Shown: positions 62,693 through 64,000 of the stretch, one piece after another | Layout of the letters: each line of letters begins with the position of its first letter | How positions within the stretch are numbered: the stretch's first letter is position 1 | NCBI RefSeq assembly: GCF_964355755.1 | Contig: NC_092671.1 | Span: forward strand, 15,934,001-15,998,000 | DNA length: 64,000 nucleotides | Source of the DNA: Antedon mediterranea | Lineage: Eukaryota; Animalia; Echinodermata | Direction: 5' to 3' | Notes under the pieces: generated by a model | The model's input: the letters and a program-made list of their open reading frames with translations, nothing else | What the model was told of the DNA's origin: nothing | Database searches by the model: none | Program-made: the position numbers and the translations under genes

Positions 62693-63404
62693 CTAGAAAA
62701 ATAAATAAAGTTAAAATAAGCAAGAAATATTTCTTACAAAAAACGTAGCTCGTTTGAATGTGTCATTTTATTGTCACATTAAATAGTTATTCACGTTAAC
62801 CAAACAATTATTCACCTGAAAAAATGTAATTTAAAGAAAAAAATACTTAAATTGTACAGACAATGGTTTTTGGGTTATAATCAAACGTTTCTTTTCTCTT
62901 TTTATACGTGAATAAATATTGTTTTTTGTTACATGAGAAGTGAATAACTTTCTGCTGCTTGCTTTCAGCTTCTGAATGAGTTGTCTTCTTAGGACGCGTG
63001 CTGGCTAAAGCAGCAGCGTGAAAAAAAAAACACCACTGACTCTCACCATTGAGAAGTTTTCCTCCAGGCTCAATACTCGAATGAACGCCAACTTTAGTGA
63101 TCCATCTGATCTCTACTGCTGATAAACTGAACTCATCGGCCATGAACCATTATTAATACATAAACCCGGCCACAGCCCTAATTGAAACTAATAATATTGG
63201 ATTAATAACCAGATCGACTGCTCGATGTATCAACAAACCAATAGGCCTATACGATGATTGTATCATGATAATTATGCGTTTTTGGCTATTATAACTTAAG
63301 CTATACGTACAAATGACAAATGAAAAGATAAGCACAACATCTGTGCTTATCTTGTCATTTCGTTTTTTTCTCTCTCTTAATTCGGATCCAACCTGTGTAT
63401 CATA

Positions 63405-64000
63405 ATCATAGAACTTAGAAAATGTATTAAATTTATGGAAAAGACGTAACCTAAGTTTTTTTGGTAAAATTACTATTATAAAAACACTAGCAATATCAAG
63501 GTTTATCTATACTGCTAGTATTATTGAGGTGCCTAAGGAAATAATTACAAAAATAGAAAAACTGTTATATGACTTCCTTTGGAGTAATAAAAAAGAAAAA
63601 ATAAAACGAACAACATTAATTAGAAATGTGGAAGAAGGTGGTTTGAATATGCCAGATCTCACTTCGGTGATAGAATCGCTCAAACTAACCTGGGTAAGAG
63701 ACTCTTAAGCCCAGATCCAGGTAAATGGAAATGCATTCCAAAGTTTTACCTTCAACCTATTGAATATACAGTTAACATAACGCAGTTGAATTTAGAAGAG
63801 CATGCTAACCTGGGCAGTATGCCTTTATTTTATAGAAATATGATGAAGTCTGTTGTAAAATTAAACAATATCATACATGTAAAACCAAAAACTACCATGG
63901 AAATAAAGAGCCAACAATTATGGGAAAACAGACATATCGTATTGAACAATAAATCTATGTATTTTAAAGTATGGTTATCTTCTGGGTTTAAAACAATCGG
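63405..64000 (+). mobile_element. L1/Tx1-clade LINE ORF2 fragment (post-RT region), degenerate, runs off window
   Basis: Manual translation: WKRRNLSFFGKITIIKTLAISRFIY..IEKLLYDFLWSNKKEKIKRTTLIRNVEEGGLNMPDL. Confidence 0.8.

Overview
Animal genomic DNA (the rRNA looks deuterostome, possibly echinoderm; tentative) from a repeat-rich, heterochromatin-like region. It contains three main components. (1) An apparently intact spliced gene (about 3816-11834, +), missed by the ORF track, encoding a ~206-aa secreted protein built from six short Cys-rich modules in phase-1 exons, with a BEL/Pao LTR element and other insertions in its introns. (2) A ~26.5-kb mosaic (12541-39045) of decayed minus-strand rDNA units and retroelements: a Gmr1-type Gypsy with an intact ORF, a Penelope-like element, an inverted R2 fragment and a Mag-like Gypsy. 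This mosaic is bracketed on both sides by the same satellite. (3) A ~19.6-kb satellite array with nested 98 / 471-572 / 1610 / 7482-bp periodicities, followed by an Academ-like DNA transposon nested in a DINE-like element and an L1/Tx1 fragment. The most striking pattern centres on the R2 target site. Both 28S copies are plugged at the R2 site by the same ~75-nt stub, a 42-nt copy of the upstream half of the R2 target sits in the spacer downstream of each 28S, and a 2.9-kb R2 coding fragment lies antisense to rDNA transcription.
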